The position numbers and the translations under genes are program-made. A DNA stretch of 62,638 nt, filler included, from Pseudobdellovibrionaceae bacterium (GTDB taxonomy: Bacteria; Bdellovibrionota; Bdellovibrionia; Bdellovibrionales; UBA1609), in assembly GCA_030591685.1 (NCBI GenBank). It is 5 parts of 5 records of this genome, joined end to end, with 100 filler letters (N's around TTAATTAATTAA, not from the genome) between each part and the next. Parts side by side here need not be neighbours in the genome. Positions count along the whole stretch, not along the records: positions 29,755 to 51,626 come from JAUVAX010000037.1; positions 51,727 to 59,443 come from JAUVAX010000071.1; 3 more parts are not named here. One strand, 5' to 3'. Each line of letters opens with the position of its first letter. Positions within the stretch are counted from its first letter, which is position 1. The notes below the pieces were generated by a model. That model saw only the letters and a list, made by a program, of their open reading frames with translations, was not told where the DNA came from and did not search any database. This document shows positions 49,861 to 59,543 of the stretch, one piece after another.

Positions 49861-50859
49861 GTGTTTATGTATGTTATTTCTTTTTTAATTTTAGTATTTT
49901 CTTTAAACTCTCAGGCCACTTTTAGCGGAAAAGTTGACCCTCGGTCGCCGGACCCATCGGCCCGTGCTAGGCATATGTATAATGCCACAGGGGCGATGTA
50001 TGGTGCAACTAAGTTCATTGACTCTAATGGAGAAGAGAACTCATGGTCACACCGCCATACGGCTTTTATTTGTGAAAATAAAAACCTAGTTTGTGGGTCC
50101 TTTCATACTTTTTGTGACGGAAAATCCACTAAGGTACAGCTGGATAATTATAGTTTTCTTGGTCAGTGGGAAAACCCTAAAGACACCGGCATACCCATTG
50201 ACCTCTCAAGGTCATGGTTTGGTAAAACAAACCCTAGTGGGCAAAAAATTTACGGCGTGTGCCCTGTAAATACTGACGGCAAGGTGCCTGTTATGCTTAG
50301 GTTAACAAGGCCTGTTACAAGTAAGTACCCGTATATTAAACCCCTTAAACTTAAAGTATTAGATACTTCAAGGCTTCACTTTTCAAAGGATATGTCAAAA
50401 ACCCAAAAGCAAAAGGTTATAAATTATTATAAACAAATTAATGAAAACCTTGTGAGTGTTGGGTTTCATGATGAGTCCACTACAGATATACCTGAAGATG
50501 TGCAACAAAAAGACCCAAATATTAAATATGTTCAAGAGTTTGGGGTAGAGCTAACGCCCATGGTACCACTTGATAGACTTAAAGAAGATTTTCTAAAACC
50601 CACGCTATGGGATACCATTTTGTTTTCATCAGGCTATTTTGCCCCTGAGTCCTCAGGCAGCCCCGTAGGGCCCTGCGATGACCGTGGGCAATGTGTTATT
50701 ACGGCTATACACGGAGGGAATGTTTCATCTACCTGCTGGGACTTCTATGAGTCCACGTCTACAAAAATATGGAACTGTCTCAATATACACCAAGCCATTA
50801 GCCAGCCTTTTTATAACGGTGTTATGGATGAAATTAAGCGTATAAACTCGGGCCGATAA
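49861..50859 (+). CDS. Secreted trypsin-like serine protease (divergent)
   Basis: Signal peptide; VCGSFHTFC (His motif), PESSGSPV (Ser motif), ITAIHGG. Confidence 0.65.
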   Translation: MFMYVISFLILVFSLNSQATFSGKVDPRSPDPSARARHMYNATGAMYGATKFIDSNGEENSWSHRHTAFICENKNLVCGSFHTFCDGKSTKVQLDNYSFLGQWENPKDTGIPIDLSRSWFGKTNPSGQKIYGVCPVNTDGKVPVMLRLTRPVTSKYPYIKPLKLKVLDTSRLHFSKDMSKTQKQKVINYYKQINENLVSVGFHDESTTDIPEDVQQKDPNIKYVQEFGVELTPMVPLDRLKEDFLKPTLWDTILFSSGYFAPESSGSPVGPCDDRGQCVITAIHGGNVSSTCWDFYESTSTKIWNCLNIHQAISQPFYNGVMDEIKRINSGR

Positions 50860-50908
50860 CTGCTGAATTAGCTTTAAGTCTAGTCTCATTCAAACCGATT
50901 ATATAACT

Positions 50909-51626
50909 GTGTTTAAGGTATTTATATTTATAACTATTAGTTTAAGTTTTTTAAGTCTTGCTCACTCAAGAGCTGTTTTTGATTTTTCAATACTCCAAAG
51001 TGACTTTGAAGGTTTTTGTGTAGAAAGCTACGGCGAGTATGAGTCCAAGCGTGGTTCTGCTAAATGCTTTCTGCCAGGTAGAGAACTTCTTTTTTATGAC
51101 CAAAGCAGCCGAGTGATCAATGGGAACATTGATATCTATAAGGTCTCAATAGCTAAGGACGGCTATAACTTAAGTGATAAAAAGCGTAACCGCTCACGGG
51201 CTATGGAAACTACGCCGCAGCCCCGTGAAAGCACACAAAGCTCTCCCCTCGCTTCACAAGAAGACTCTTTAGCTGTTTCAGCTGCAGAGGTCGAAAATCT
51301 CAACCTCGAGTACGACCTTAAGTGCCAAAGCTACAAGACGTTTTCAAAAAACTGTTGCTCGGCTCCAAAAAACTGCCTTGAACTAGACATGATTGATGAT
51401 GAGCTTGTAAAATCGGGCACACATCTCGCCCGGGAGTATTTAAAATATTAAACCCTGGCTGAGCAAGTGAGTATGTCTGTGGGCAGCGCTGGGGTGGCTC
51501 AGTCTTGTAACGCCATGAAGGGGTTAATGGTCATGGGGACCTCCATAAACTTAGGCTTTAATTATATGTGCAACAAGGGGCGTGATAAGTGCTCTCAGGG
51601 TTGTTTGGGCATTAAAGAGCAAGCTC
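50909..51626 (+). CDS. Secreted Cys-rich hypothetical protein, interrupted by an in-frame TAA at 51449-51451 and truncated at contig end
   Basis: ORFs 50909-51451 and 51467- share one frame separated by a single stop; the Cys pattern continues across it. Confidence 0.6.
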
Positions 51627-51726
51627 NNNNNNNNNNNNNNNNNNNNNNNNNNNNNNNNNNNNNNNNNNNNTTAATTAATTAANNNNNNNNNNNNNNNNNN
51701 NNNNNNNNNNNNNNNNNNNNNNNNNN
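51627..51726. other. Artificial contig-joining linker
   Basis: 44N-TTAATTAATTAA-44N. Confidence 0.97.
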
Positions 51727-51900
51727 AACCCTCGTGTACAGTTGAGTTGAGTATGGAAAAACATGACAAGGAAGCCAACGAGTGCCTAGGTGCTGATCAC
51801 CTCTACGAAAAAACTACAAAAGGGCAGTAACCTAAGTCCTTTACCAGAACCATCATGTATAATGCTTACTTAATTGAGCCCCCAGACACATGAGGTCAAA

Positions 51901-53802
51901 ATGCATAAGTTTTTAATCGTACTTCTTAGCTCACTTTTGACCTTCGCCCCATTAAGTTTTGCCGGCCCTGAGGGTGATTATAATGAAATCGAAGAGCTGC
52001 TTCAGGTTAATAGAGAGCTTCAAGTTGACAACTACGACTACCCTCGGCTCTTTAAAGTTGCTGGCCGTATTATGTCTAGACCAAAAATTAAGGCTTTTTT
52101 AACAAATATTTTTGAGGGCCGACTTGTCATTAATGACGATATTAGAGAAAAATTTCACTTACCTCAAGCCTTAGACGAATTGCCTGAGAGCTTGTTTGTT
52201 GTGATCCTCAGAAAAAACCCTCAGCTCTTACCCCTTATTGAGGAGTTTATTGAAAACGTCCCCCGCGACGCCACGGAGACCGACGAGGCCAAAGTGTTTA
52301 GAAAGCAATTTAAATCTGATTTTAAAAAAATAGCAAAGGGCCTGGGGATTCTAAAAAAATTCAACAAAGATGGTGATGCTGTCAGACCTGTGGCTCTGTT
52401 TATGCATGGAGGACAGCCCGGCTACACAAGCATCAAAATGCTAGTCAACCACCCAAGGCTGTACCCCGACGGTCGAGTAAAGCGCGCTGATGATTTTATT
52501 AAACGCATCATTAAATTTATCGACTCCGCTAAAAAAGAAATCGCTTTAAACGTATATGAGTTTGATATTGAATCTATTGCCGACGCCCTTATAAGAGCAC
52601 ACAAAAGGGGCGTTGCGGTAAGATTGGGGTTTGATAAAAATGCGATGGAGCATCACGAAAACCGCATGACTCTATACCATAAATTAAGGGCCTACCAATC
52701 AAATGGGTCATCAAAAAAGGCTCTCTTTAAAGTTGAGCTTATTGACTCTGTAGGATTAAATCATCAAAAAATTATGACTCGCGATTGGAGTATAAAAAAA
52801 GCTTCTGAAGTTATATTTTCATCCGGAAACTTTACTTATTCAGGCATAAGCCCGCTTGGAGACTTAGCTGTAAATAATTTTTCTCATAACTCCTCTAAAC
52901 CTAACGCCAATAACATGTTGGTTATAAAAAGTTGGGCGCTTGCAAACCTTGTTAATCATGAGCTTACAAAAACAATTGATCTTAAGTTAAGAGGGAAAGC
53001 CAGCAAAACAGGCTACCCCTTAAGCGGCACTTACCTGATTAAGGGCCCCAAAGAAGGCTCTTATATTATCGTGGCCTTTTCGCCCAATGGAGGCCTTGGA
53101 GACATTAATAACCACATTATCGCTCGAACTATCAGACACACCCAGGGACCCGTTAAAATGTTACAATTTTCAGCCTCTAGTGAAGATGTTTTAGAAGCCC
53201 TTAAGGACCGTATAAAAAAAGAGCAGGACTTAGGCCAGCGTTATGACTTTAGAGCCCTTGGAGACATATCAAGCCTCACGCAAAAATGGAGTCTTTTTTT
53301 AAAAAAAGCGGGCTATACCCGGCTCTCAAAGGCCGAATCAAAAAAACAGTTAGTACAGTTTGTTGATGCTGATGAAAATGATTTTAGAAGGCTTTTAGGT
53401 GAGGCTGAGTTTGAGGACTTAAGGGATAACATACGCTCCCCCAGCGAAAAGTACGGAATGAGCTACATTAAAGGCCCCTTAGGCAAATCTCACCTTATTT
53501 CAGTAAAACTACACCATAAGGCGATAGTTACTGGAAGGGCCTTTGTCACCGGCTCTTTTAACTTTAGTGAATCCGCTGAAACCAACCAAGAACAAATCAT
53601 GGTTGTTGTCGACGAGGACATAGTCAAACAAGCTCACGCTATGTTTGACGGCCTCTGGAGAGAAACCTCTAGAGAAAACTCCATTACTGCTCTCGTAAGA
53701 GAACGTGCACATAAAATTAAATTAAAATTCGACAAAGAGTACAAGAAACTCTTTAAAAGTGGAGCCTTATCTTGTGGTCTTTTATTTCAGGGCATAAGGT
53801 AA
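51901..53802 (+). CDS. Secreted phospholipase D / nuclease superfamily protein
   Basis: Signal peptide from ATG 51901; HQKIMTRD..SSGNFT and HHKAIVTG..TGSFNFSESAETNQE (two HKD-type motifs). Confidence 0.88.
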   Translation: MHKFLIVLLSSLLTFAPLSFAGPEGDYNEIEELLQVNRELQVDNYDYPRLFKVAGRIMSRPKIKAFLTNIFEGRLVINDDIREKFHLPQALDELPESLFVVILRKNPQLLPLIEEFIENVPRDATETDEAKVFRKQFKSDFKKIAKGLGILKKFNKDGDAVRPVALFMHGGQPGYTSIKMLVNHPRLYPDGRVKRADDFIKRIIKFIDSAKKEIALNVYEFDIESIADALIRAHKRGVAVRLGFDKNAMEHHENRMTLYHKLRAYQSNGSSKKALFKVELIDSVGLNHQKIMTRDWSIKKASEVIFSSGNFTYSGISPLGDLAVNNFSHNSSKPNANNMLVIKSWALANLVNHELTKTIDLKLRGKASKTGYPLSGTYLIKGPKEGSYIIVAFSPNGGLGDINNHIIARTIRHTQGPVKMLQFSASSEDVLEALKDRIKKEQDLGQRYDFRALGDISSLTQKWSLFLKKAGYTRLSKAESKKQLVQFVDADENDFRRLLGEAEFEDLRDNIRSPSEKYGMSYIKGPLGKSHLISVKLHHKAIVTGRAFVTGSFNFSESAETNQEQIMVVVDEDIVKQAHAMFDGLWRETSRENSITALVRERAHKIKLKFDKEYKKLFKSGALSCGLLFQGIR

Positions 53803-53940
53803 AAGCTCCGAACACCTCTGGCAACAGTTCGCCCCCTCCCCTTTATTTAACTACTTTAAATAGTCCCTTTAGCTTATTGTTTCTTTAAAGATTTGATAAA
53901 CGACGCTTCTGTTTTAGCGCTGACGGCCTAAAATTTATAT

Positions 53941-53972
53941 AAAAAAAGGCCTCAATAAAGACGCCCTTTTTT
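53941..53972. terminator. Possible bidirectional terminator between convergent genes
   Basis: A7-GGC..GCCC-T6 imperfect hairpin. Confidence 0.4.
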
Positions 53973-53999
53973 CACTTTTACTAATTTTTATTAAAGTTT

Positions 54000-54792
54000 T
54001 TAATTGATCAAATAACGAATTTTTATAAAGGGGCCATGGAACTTAAAGTACAAGTCTTCGTCACTTTTTTTAAATCTTAACTCTTTATTGCGATATCCAA
54101 TTTCACCGGTGAGTTTTTTTGTAAATTTATATTTGGACGATAATGAAAAGTCATAGGCTCTTGTGTCTGAATCATGAAAGTCTGCAATGCCCGCATAGGC
54201 ACTTATAACCATTTTCCCTGTGGCCTTCACATTATATCTTAAAGCTATGATCGGGCTTACCCACTTTATTGTAGCCTCCTGTGATCCAAAAAAGCTGTCT
54301 CCAATACCGTCTATGTAAACATACTGTGCACCAGCAAAAGCATCTATTGATTCCCTGTCATTGAGTGCCAATTTTACCCACGAGAAGCTCAAAAAGCGCA
54401 ATTTTAGCATCGGCATCGACTTGAATGTCTCCGTAAGGCGTTTCAGACACTGCCGGGAGGCCCGAGTATTTCATTAAAGAGCCCTCAAATATAATTATTA
54501 AACCGTCCTTCTCACCCTCAATAACTATGCTTGCTCCAGCGTCTATGGCCTGAAAGTTCTCGCCGGCGTCAATATCAACTATCGCAGTGCCTTGGTTGGT
54601 TTCGTATTCCGCCTCTGCTGAGCTCGCCCATAATAATGGACTGATTTCAACGGCCCACTTTCCACCTTCACTGGGTTCTACTGAGTACTCCTGAATCATA
54701 AACTCTGAAGTCTCTTCTTGGTCAGACTCAGCAGCATTAGATTGCATTACTGTAAATACTAATAATAGCGTGGTAATTAAAGACTTCATCAC
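54000..54792 (-). CDS. Outer-membrane beta-barrel-like protein, frameshifted near 54372
   Basis: Signal peptide and WAVEISPLLWA in ORF 54358-54792; WVSPII, GYR and FHGPFI in ORF 54000-54416. One-base indel in the A4 run joins them. Confidence 0.7.
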
Positions 54793-55041
54793 AAACAGCT
54801 CCCCTATTAATTGTTTGAAACTTAGTCATATCTTAATATTTACAAGCTCCGCAATAGGTAAATTTTATAAAGGCATCAACCAATTAACGAGCCTAGGCCT
54901 TAACCCAACACCGCTCATCTCATTTTTTTTTATAGAAATTACTTGGTCTTTAACAACACTCACTACTTCTATTTTACAAAATGGCCCTTTAAGGGCAGAT
55001 AGCCCCCCAAAAAAGGGGCCTTTTTGTTATTCGTATTTTAT

Positions 55042-56199
55042 TTATTGGCTTAAAGCTTGGTCAAGGTCTTGAATTAAATCACTCTGGGTCTCTATGCCCA
55101 CACTAAGCCGAATCAGCGTGTCATCTATACCTAAAGCCTTTCTTTTGTCTGGAGGAATACTTGCGTGAGTCATAATTGCAGGGTGCTCCACGAGAGACTC
55201 AACCCCACCTAAGCTTTCAGCTAAAGTGAATACTTTTACATTTTCTAAAAACCGACGGGCATCATTTAGCCCCGACTTAACATAAAAAGTGATCATACCA
55301 CCAAAACCAGACATTTGTTTTTTTGCTAAATCATATTGAGGGTGTGACGAAAGCCCTGGGTAAATCACACGCTCTACAGCACTATGCCCCTCTAAAAACT
55401 CAGCCACCGCTATAGCATTTTTTTGATGAGTCTGCATTCGAACGGCTAATGTTTTTAAACTCCTTAATGCGAGATAACTATCAAACGGCGAGGCCACGGC
55501 CCCTGTTGACAGCGTATAAAAAGAAAGGTCCTCGGCCAAAGAATTATCATTTGTTAGCAGCAGTCCCCCTAATACATCGCTGTGACCATTTATGTATTTA
55601 GTCGCCGAGTGCATAACAACATCAGCCCCCCACTTAAGAGGGTTTTGAAAGTAAGGACTCATAAAAGTATTATCAACCGCAGTTAGAATTTTACTTTGTT
55701 GAGCTATCTTTGATATCGCATCAATATCAGAGATTTTTAATGTGGGGTTCGTCGGCGTTTCCAGCCAAACAAGCCGAGTGTTCGGCCTAATGGCTTTTTC
55801 AAAATTTTCAGGGTTTGTCAGATCAACAAAGCTAAACTCTAGGCCGAATTTTCTTAAAACCTTGTCAAAAAGCCTAAAAGTGCCTCCATACATATCATCA
55901 CCGGCAATTATATGATCGCCCGCCTTAAAGCACTGCATTAATGTTGTCGTTGCTGCACAACCAGAGGAGTATGCAAAACCATGCTCTGCCCCCTCAAGCG
56001 CAGCTACACACTTTGAGTAGGAAGACCTCGTTGGGTTGCCCGCCCTTATATAGTCATATTTTTTAAACGTACCCGGGGTAGACTGTGCATAAGTCGAAGA
56101 AAGATGTATTGGCGGCATTACAGACCCAAATTCAGAGTCGGGCTCCTGTGCCGTATGAATAGCCTTTGTTTCAAAGCCCATGTTTTTGAATTGATCCAT
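55042..56199 (-). CDS. metB: Cystathionine gamma-synthase/lyase (PLP trans-sulfuration enzyme)
   Basis: YIRAGNPTR, YGGTFR, ETPTNP, VDNTF, HSATKYINGHSD, LAESLGGVESL, RLSVGIE. Synthase versus lyase cannot be resolved by eye. Confidence 0.88.
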   Translation of the reverse strand: MDQFKNMGFETKAIHTAQEPDSEFGSVMPPIHLSSTYAQSTPGTFKKYDYIRAGNPTRSSYSKCVAALEGAEHGFAYSSGCAATTTLMQCFKAGDHIIAGDDMYGGTFRLFDKVLRKFGLEFSFVDLTNPENFEKAIRPNTRLVWLETPTNPTLKISDIDAISKIAQQSKILTAVDNTFMSPYFQNPLKWGADVVMHSATKYINGHSDVLGGLLLTNDNSLAEDLSFYTLSTGAVASPFDSYLALRSLKTLAVRMQTHQKNAIAVAEFLEGHSAVERVIYPGLSSHPQYDLAKKQMSGFGGMITFYVKSGLNDARRFLENVKVFTLAESLGGVESLVEHPAIMTHASIPPDKRKALGIDDTLIRLSVGIETQSDLIQDLDQALSQ

Positions 56200-56235
56200 G
56201 TTGTCTCCTTGTGCCGAGAGTAGGGGGGATAGTAC

Positions 56236-56457
56236 TTAATTCACTTCCGCGGCATGTAATGTTGTGAGCATTAAATTTAATCTTTCTATTGGATCTTCGA
56301 TGTACTTAAGACCGGCTTCTTTCATTAATGTTTTAATTAATGTCTCGTTGGGGCTGTCCAAAGAGAGCTCGTCAATCAGCTCTCGATATTTAATGGCCCT
56401 TTTTGTGTAGGTATTTGTGCCCTCTGTATCCATCTTCGTCCCCCTTGTCGTATTCAA
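56236..56457 (-). CDS. Small hypothetical protein
   Basis: Co-oriented ORF between uppP and the metB-like gene. Confidence 0.55.
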   Translation of the reverse strand: MNTTRGTKMDTEGTNTYTKRAIKYRELIDELSLDSPNETLIKTLMKEAGLKYIEDPIERLNLMLTTLHAAEVN

Positions 56458-56556
56458 TCAAAAATCAAATATTTAATAGTATCTTTACCCCTTTTTTTAT
56501 CTCATCGCAATATTCAAAAAAAGTGATTTCCTATAATTTAAGCTCCACACTCACTC

Positions 56557-57387
56557 TTAAACAAGTTGTGTCAATGCCACTATTGCACTCAAGGCCCATA
56601 AGTAATAACTAAACACCTCTAAACGACCTTTTCTAACAAGTTTCAAAACCATAACTAGCCCCGCAAGCCCTGCTAAGTATGAAACCACACCACCCAATAC
56701 TAACGTTATCAATAGGTCTGAACTCCATGACTCTACATCTTTAAGTTGAATGAGGCTCGCACCTAAAATCACAGGGATAGACATTAAAAAACTAAACAAA
56801 GCGGCGGCTCGCCTCTCTACCCCCATGAGCAGCGCTGCGGCAATTGTGGCCCCTGAACGACTGACTCCCGGTGCAATAGCAAGCCCTTGTGCAAAACCAA
56901 TTATAATTGCTTTTTTAAGGCTTACTTTTTTAATCTGTGAAAGGTCTAGGGTTTTATGACCTGACTCCATGGACTGGCCTTGCCCTGTTTTTCGAGTCAT
57001 AAACAGTAAACATGCTGTTATAAAAAAACCACCACTCACCGAAAGAAGACTTGAAAATAACGACTCAAATTGATCTTTAAACCCAAACCCTATAATTGCG
57101 GTTGGCACGCTTGCGCAAATAATCAAAACAGAAAGGTGCAGGCCTCCTGTTTGCCTTTTTTTAATCGCAGAAACCCATAGATCCGAAAATATTTCTCGAA
57201 TAGATTTGAAGTACACCGTTATAATACTTGCGACAGTGCCAAGGTGTACGGCCAGGTCAAATATAATGCTATGTTGTTTAATGCCAAGCCAGTGCTGAAA
57301 CAACACCAAATGCCCAGAACTAGAAACCGGTAAAAACTCTGTCAAACCTTGCACTATACCTAATATTACAGACTGAACCCAATCCAA
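56557..57387 (-). CDS. uppP: Undecaprenyl-diphosphate phosphatase
   Basis: GIVQGLTEFLPVSSSGHL, HLGT, PGVSRSGAT, FSFLMSIP. Confidence 0.96.
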   Translation of the reverse strand: MDWVQSVILGIVQGLTEFLPVSSSGHLVLFQHWLGIKQHSIIFDLAVHLGTVASIITVYFKSIREIFSDLWVSAIKKRQTGGLHLSVLIICASVPTAIIGFGFKDQFESLFSSLLSVSGGFFITACLLFMTRKTGQGQSMESGHKTLDLSQIKKVSLKKAIIIGFAQGLAIAPGVSRSGATIAAALLMGVERRAAALFSFLMSIPVILGASLIQLKDVESWSSDLLITLVLGGVVSYLAGLAGLVMVLKLVRKGRLEVFSYYLWALSAIVALTQLV

Positions 57388-57405
57388 CCAAAACTCCTTT
57401 TTTAT

Positions 57406-57858
57406 TTAACGTTCACAACTTAAACCAGTACCTTCATCTAAGCTTAAGTTCATTTTGTATAAAAAAATGTTTTTTGCCAATAAAAGATCTGACTTACAGG
57501 CACAACTCACACTTTTATGGGCAATTAACCTGTTTATTTGCTGAATCGAGAGCTTTTTTTCAAATTTTGTGTGCCTTTTGCATATTAAATCTAATATTTT
57601 AACCTGCACTTTTGGGCTTTCTTGAAACCGTAAATATTCATAACATTTTTCAGGGAAGAGGCCCTGTTTTTTTTGCTCCTCACAGAGCTTATTAAAGCGA
57701 TGCTTTTGTGCCAAAAAAAGACGGCTCTTATATACCTGAGCCCTTGTTTTTAAGGCCATAAGGGTTTGTATTCGGTCCATATGACCCAAGGATGGCTCCG
57801 CAGCCTGTCCGGCGCTCATAGAACTAAAAAGAATTAATAATATTATTGCCCGCATCAT
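57406..57858 (-). CDS. Secreted hypothetical protein
   Basis: Start at ATG 57858 (GAGGAG RBS, ATGA overlap with upstream stop); signal peptide MMRAIILLILFSSMSAGQA. Confidence 0.65.
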   Translation of the reverse strand: MMRAIILLILFSSMSAGQAAEPSLGHMDRIQTLMALKTRAQVYKSRLFLAQKHRFNKLCEEQKKQGLFPEKCYEYLRFQESPKVQVKILDLICKRHTKFEKKLSIQQINRLIAHKSVSCACKSDLLLAKNIFLYKMNLSLDEGTGLSCER

Positions 57859-58226
57859 AAACTCCTCATTACATTTTTTAAAATCGGTCCAAATAGCAAA
57901 ACTAAATAAGAGGGCACCATTAAAAACATCACCGGCAGCATGCACTTAACGGGCAGGGACTGAAGCTTCAGCTCAATTTCGTTATCTATTTGAAGCTCGA
58001 TCTCAACTTTTAACTGATCCATTCGGTCATAAATAGGTAAACCAGCTAGACCGGCCTCAATTAAGTCAAACATTGCTCTTTGATAGGGGTTCTTAATGCT
58101 CCCCTTAACACTCTGCCAACTTTTTCCGTGCTCAATTAGGAACATAGTACGCCTCACCCTTTCACTACTAATGTCGACTTGCTCTGATAAAAACTCGTGA
58201 ATAGAGCGCCTAAACCCCCAGCCCAT
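57855..58226 (-). CDS. TadC-like (T2SS-F) pilus assembly protein
   Basis: GLAGLPIYDRM, LQSLPVKCMLPVMFLMVPSYLVLLFGP; follows a TadB-like gene. Confidence 0.65.
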   Translation of the reverse strand: MGWGFRRSIHEFLSEQVDISSERVRRTMFLIEHGKSWQSVKGSIKNPYQRAMFDLIEAGLAGLPIYDRMDQLKVEIELQIDNEIELKLQSLPVKCMLPVMFLMVPSYLVLLFGPILKNVMRSL

Positions 58227-58270
58227 CCTAATATAAAACTGTGTTTCACTGATTAGCTTTAAAGAAAACT

Positions 58271-59047
58271 CTAATTCCTTGATAAGGACCCCCTAATAAG
58301 TTGCACAAAAACGATGATTCCCATTAAAAAAAATAGGATTGAAACTAAAAAAAGAGATAGATTGTTCAAAAATCCGTATTTTAAGACAACGAAAATAAAT
58401 AAAGCGACATACAAAACGCCTAAAACTAGTACTTGTAACCTTAGTTGCAGAGTTATTTGCTTGGACTTATGTCGAAAGTTTTTCTCCAAATGCAGCTTTT
58501 GTCTAAAAAAAATAAGCCAATCAACACTTTGATGAGGAACTCGATCAACCTTCTTAAAAAAATCTATTATTTGATTTATAAATATATCTTTGACTACAAA
58601 TTTGCTTTGTTGCGAAAAAACCACATTCTCCATGATTTTATCTATATTTAGCTGATAATTCCTTGAAAAACTTAGCTTTGCTGTTTCGACAGACCTTCGA
58701 AAAGAGTGACCCAAGTGAATTTGCAAAATAATTTGATTTAAAAACATGGGGAATTGGTTTTTAAACTGTGACCTTCTTTTAAATTCCAGTGTCTTTTGCG
58801 CGAAAACGACACAAATCAGCGGAAAATAAAGAAAAAATAAAAATAAAACCGCATTTGTAATAAAAAAAATAACATTTAATAAGTTTAGAGCAAGAAAACC
58901 AGTGCCAATTTTTGTCAAAGTCGTTTTGTTGTATATTTGCTTTTTACAAAGCCCCTTGTATATCCGAATACCGATCAATAATCCGAATACTGAATGCAGA
59001 ATCATAAATAAATACATGATTGACCTCCAAACAATAAAAACATGCAA
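58271..59047 (-). CDS. TadB-like (T2SS-F) pilus assembly protein
   Basis: TMs then RRSQFKNQFPMFLNQII..LGHSFRRS and FRHKSKQITLQLRLQ before two C-terminal TMs. Confidence 0.7.
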   Translation of the reverse strand: MHVFIVWRSIMYLFMILHSVFGLLIGIRIYKGLCKKQIYNKTTLTKIGTGFLALNLLNVIFFITNAVLFLFFLYFPLICVVFAQKTLEFKRRSQFKNQFPMFLNQIILQIHLGHSFRRSVETAKLSFSRNYQLNIDKIMENVVFSQQSKFVVKDIFINQIIDFFKKVDRVPHQSVDWLIFFRQKLHLEKNFRHKSKQITLQLRLQVLVLGVLYVALFIFVVLKYGFLNNLSLFLVSILFFLMGIIVFVQLIRGSLSRN

Positions 59048-59074
59048 AAAAAATGCTCAAGAAAAACTTTTTTA

Positions 59075-59102
59075 TTGACGAGAAGAGTCACACAGGTAAA
59101 AT
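59075..59102 (+). promoter_or_regulatory. sigma70-type promoter of the histone-like gene
   Basis: TTGACG-N16-TAAAAT, then AGGAGG RBS before ATG 59160. Confidence 0.55.
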
Positions 59103-59159
59103 TGTAATTGTAAGCAACAAATGCAAACAACAAAAGAATAATCATCCTAGGAGGATTGA

Positions 59160-59438
59160 ATGGCTAAGGCTAAGAAAAAAGCGACTAAGAAGAAAGCTGC
59201 TAAGAAAAAGACAACAAGAAAGAAAGCTAAGAAAAAAGTAGCTAAGAAAAAAGCAACTAAGAAAAAAGCTAAGAAAAAAGTAGCTAAGAAAAAGGCCACT
59301 AAAAAGAAAGCTAAGAAAAAGGCCACTAAAAAGAAAGCTAAGAAAAAAGTAGCTAAGAAAAAAGCAACTAAGAAAAAAGCTAAGAAAAAAGTAGCTAAGA
59401 AAAAGGCCACTAAAAAAACTACACGTAGAAAAAAGTAA
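59160..59438 (+). CDS. Histone H1-like Lys/Ala-rich DNA-binding protein
   Basis: Tandem AKKK/ATKKK/VAKKK repeats across all 92 aa; strong RBS. Confidence 0.85.
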   Translation: MAKAKKKATKKKAAKKKTTRKKAKKKVAKKKATKKKAKKKVAKKKATKKKAKKKATKKKAKKKVAKKKATKKKAKKKVAKKKATKKTTRRKK

Positions 59439-59443
59439 TTTAG

Positions 59444-59543
59444 NNNNNNNNNNNNNNNNNNNNNNNNNNNNNNNNNNNNNNNNNNNNTTAATTAATTAAN
59501 NNNNNNNNNNNNNNNNNNNNNNNNNNNNNNNNNNNNNNNNNNN
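59444..59543. other. Artificial contig-joining linker
   Basis: 44N-TTAATTAATTAA-44N. Confidence 0.97.

Noticed and set aside
59147..59410. Phe/Leu/Ala-rich antisense ORF
   Set aside because: Mirror of the Lys-rich repeat gene, which has the promoter and RBS.
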